Shown piece by piece: positions 62,452-64,000 of a stretch of DNA of 64,000 nt. Position numbers and translations under genes: made by a program. The notes below the pieces were generated by a model. It had not been told where the DNA came from. It did no database searches and worked only from the letters and a program-made list of their open reading frames with translations. Numbering within the stretch: position 1 is the first letter of the stretch; every line of letters starts with the position of its first letter. This DNA is from the human T2T-CHM13v2.0 reference genome, Homo sapiens, in NCBI RefSeq assembly GCF_009914755.1, contig NC_060939.1. The stretch is one strand, 5' to 3'.

Positions 62452-62741
62452 GCTCAGGCCTGTAATCCCAGCAAATTTGGAGGCCAAGGCAAGGGGATCA
62501 CAAGGTAAAGAGATCAAGACCATCCTGGCCAATACAGTGAAACGCTGTCACTACTAAAAATCCAAAAAATTAGCTAGGCATTGTGGCAGCTGGTGTAGTC
62601 CCAGTGTGGTGTAGTCCAAGCTACCTGGGAGGCTGAGGGAGGGCAATCGCTTGAACCCGTGAGGCAGATGTTGCAGTGAGCAAATTTGGTGCCATTGTAC
62701 TCCACCCTGTGCAACAGGACAACACTCTGTCTAAAAAAAAA
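62452..62741 (+). mobile_element. Alu remnant, unit 26
   Basis: Copy of the 1548-1837 Alu. Confidence 0.93.
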
Positions 62742-64000
62742 TTATATATGATATATGTTATATGTTATGTAATATGTTTATATGTAATATATAACCTCAT
62801 ATATATTATATGTCCTAATATATAATAGTTATCCTGTGTCATATTATATATATTATATATTTCATAACATATATAATATATAATACATATTATACATCTT
62901 ATATATGAAAATATGTAATTAGAGATAAAATAACATATAGTTATATATAATATGATATATAACATATATACTATATCATATATGATATATAATATATAAT
63001 TTTTTATTGCATATTATAATTCATATATATTATAATTTATATAATGATATAATTATTTATATAATATAAATAATTATACATGATTATATAATTATATATA
63101 ATATAAATAATAATATATGTAATTACATATTCATATCGTTATATATAATAATACATTTCATATGTAATTATATATATCATATAATAGACAACACACCTAA
63201 TATATAATATATAATATATATTATACAATATAGGATACATAATATGTATGATATATAAGATATCATAATATAATATATATTTTAACATTATGTATGTAAC
63301 ATGTAATATGTGATATATAAAATAAATTATGTAATATAAAATAATATAATATAATATATACTATATTAAGGTATATTATGTAAAGTATGTAATAAAATTA
63401 TAAGTAACATAATAAATAGTTATATATATTATCTTATGTATTTACATAGAGTATTATACAGTTATATATAATTTTAAATTGTTATATATAATTTAATATA
63501 AAACAAATATAATATATATCATAACATATATATTGTATACCATATATATATTATGTATCATATATTGTATGTTATATATTATATATTCTATATCATATAT
63601 CATATATTATATGTTATATATATCACATTCCACATTTTGTATATTATAAATTATATACAATATATGACATGTATTATATTATATATAATAAATTATACAT
63701 TATATGTAACATAGTATATATTATATGTAACATGTATATTCTATGTAAAATATATAATATATAACATATTACATATAATTAATAACATAGACATATAATA
63801 TATATTTAACATATGTACTATATATACAACGTATTATACATATACTATATAATATATATTATATATATGGCATAAAATATAATATATATTATATGTCATA
63901 TTTTATATATACAATTATATATTATTATATGTTATTTTATATTATCTACAACATAGATATAATATATATACCTATAATGTATATTACATATAACGTAGAT

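Larger units (their letters stand above)
1..64000 (+). repeat. DYZ2: DYZ2 / HSat1B composite satellite tandem array (~26.3 units of ~2,436 bp); strand given relative to the Alu
   Basis: Seen: near-identical ORF-track entries recur at 891, 3330, 5763 ... 61794 (25 spacings, 2427-2473 bp). Each unit is GC block + Alu + AT-rich block, all in the same orientation. GGCC cuts after 1624 and 3666 predict a 2,042 bp HaeIII fragment. Known: human DYZ2 is a ~2.4 kb HSATI+Alu+AT-rich unit, classically seen as a ~2.1 kb male HaeIII band. Chromosomal assignment to Yq12 is inference. Confidence 0.95.

Noticed and set aside
1-64000. CRISPR-like or other repeat-spacer system
   Set aside because: There are no unique spacers; the entire 2.4 kb unit is repeated, and no cas-like or other long ORFs are present.
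1-64000. Whole array as an assembly or concatemer artefact
   Set aside because: Units carry structured, hierarchically shared variants rather than identical copies or random errors. Only the near-perfect 9.7 kb duplication still needs read-level confirmation.

Overview
The whole window is one head-to-tail tandem array of a ~2.44 kb composite unit, with 26 anchor copies. The anchor motif AAGATGCAGGATGTG recurs at ORF-track starts 891 to 61794; spacings are 2427-2473 bp, mean ~2436 bp. Each unit has three parts: a ~570 bp moderately GC block (HSATI-like), a ~290 bp 5'-truncated and decayed Alu with an A9 tail, and a ~1.58 kb extremely AT-rich degenerate (TA)n-type block. This architecture, the unit size and a predicted ~2.04 kb HaeIII fragment match the human DYZ2/HSat1B satellite, most likely Yq12 heterochromatin; related HSat1B arrays exist on acrocentric short arms. 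There are no credible protein-coding genes, RNA genes or CRISPR arrays, and the ORFs are artefacts of the repeat. I did not find a new gene-based biological system. The informative signal is the expansion history readable from shared variants: a dimer pattern, a 9,743 bp four-unit tandem duplication with a junction mappable to ~240 bp, block copies at 6-unit and 18-unit offsets, single-unit duplications, a 37 bp insertion and a distal variant domain. All comparisons were made by eye and need alignment to confirm.
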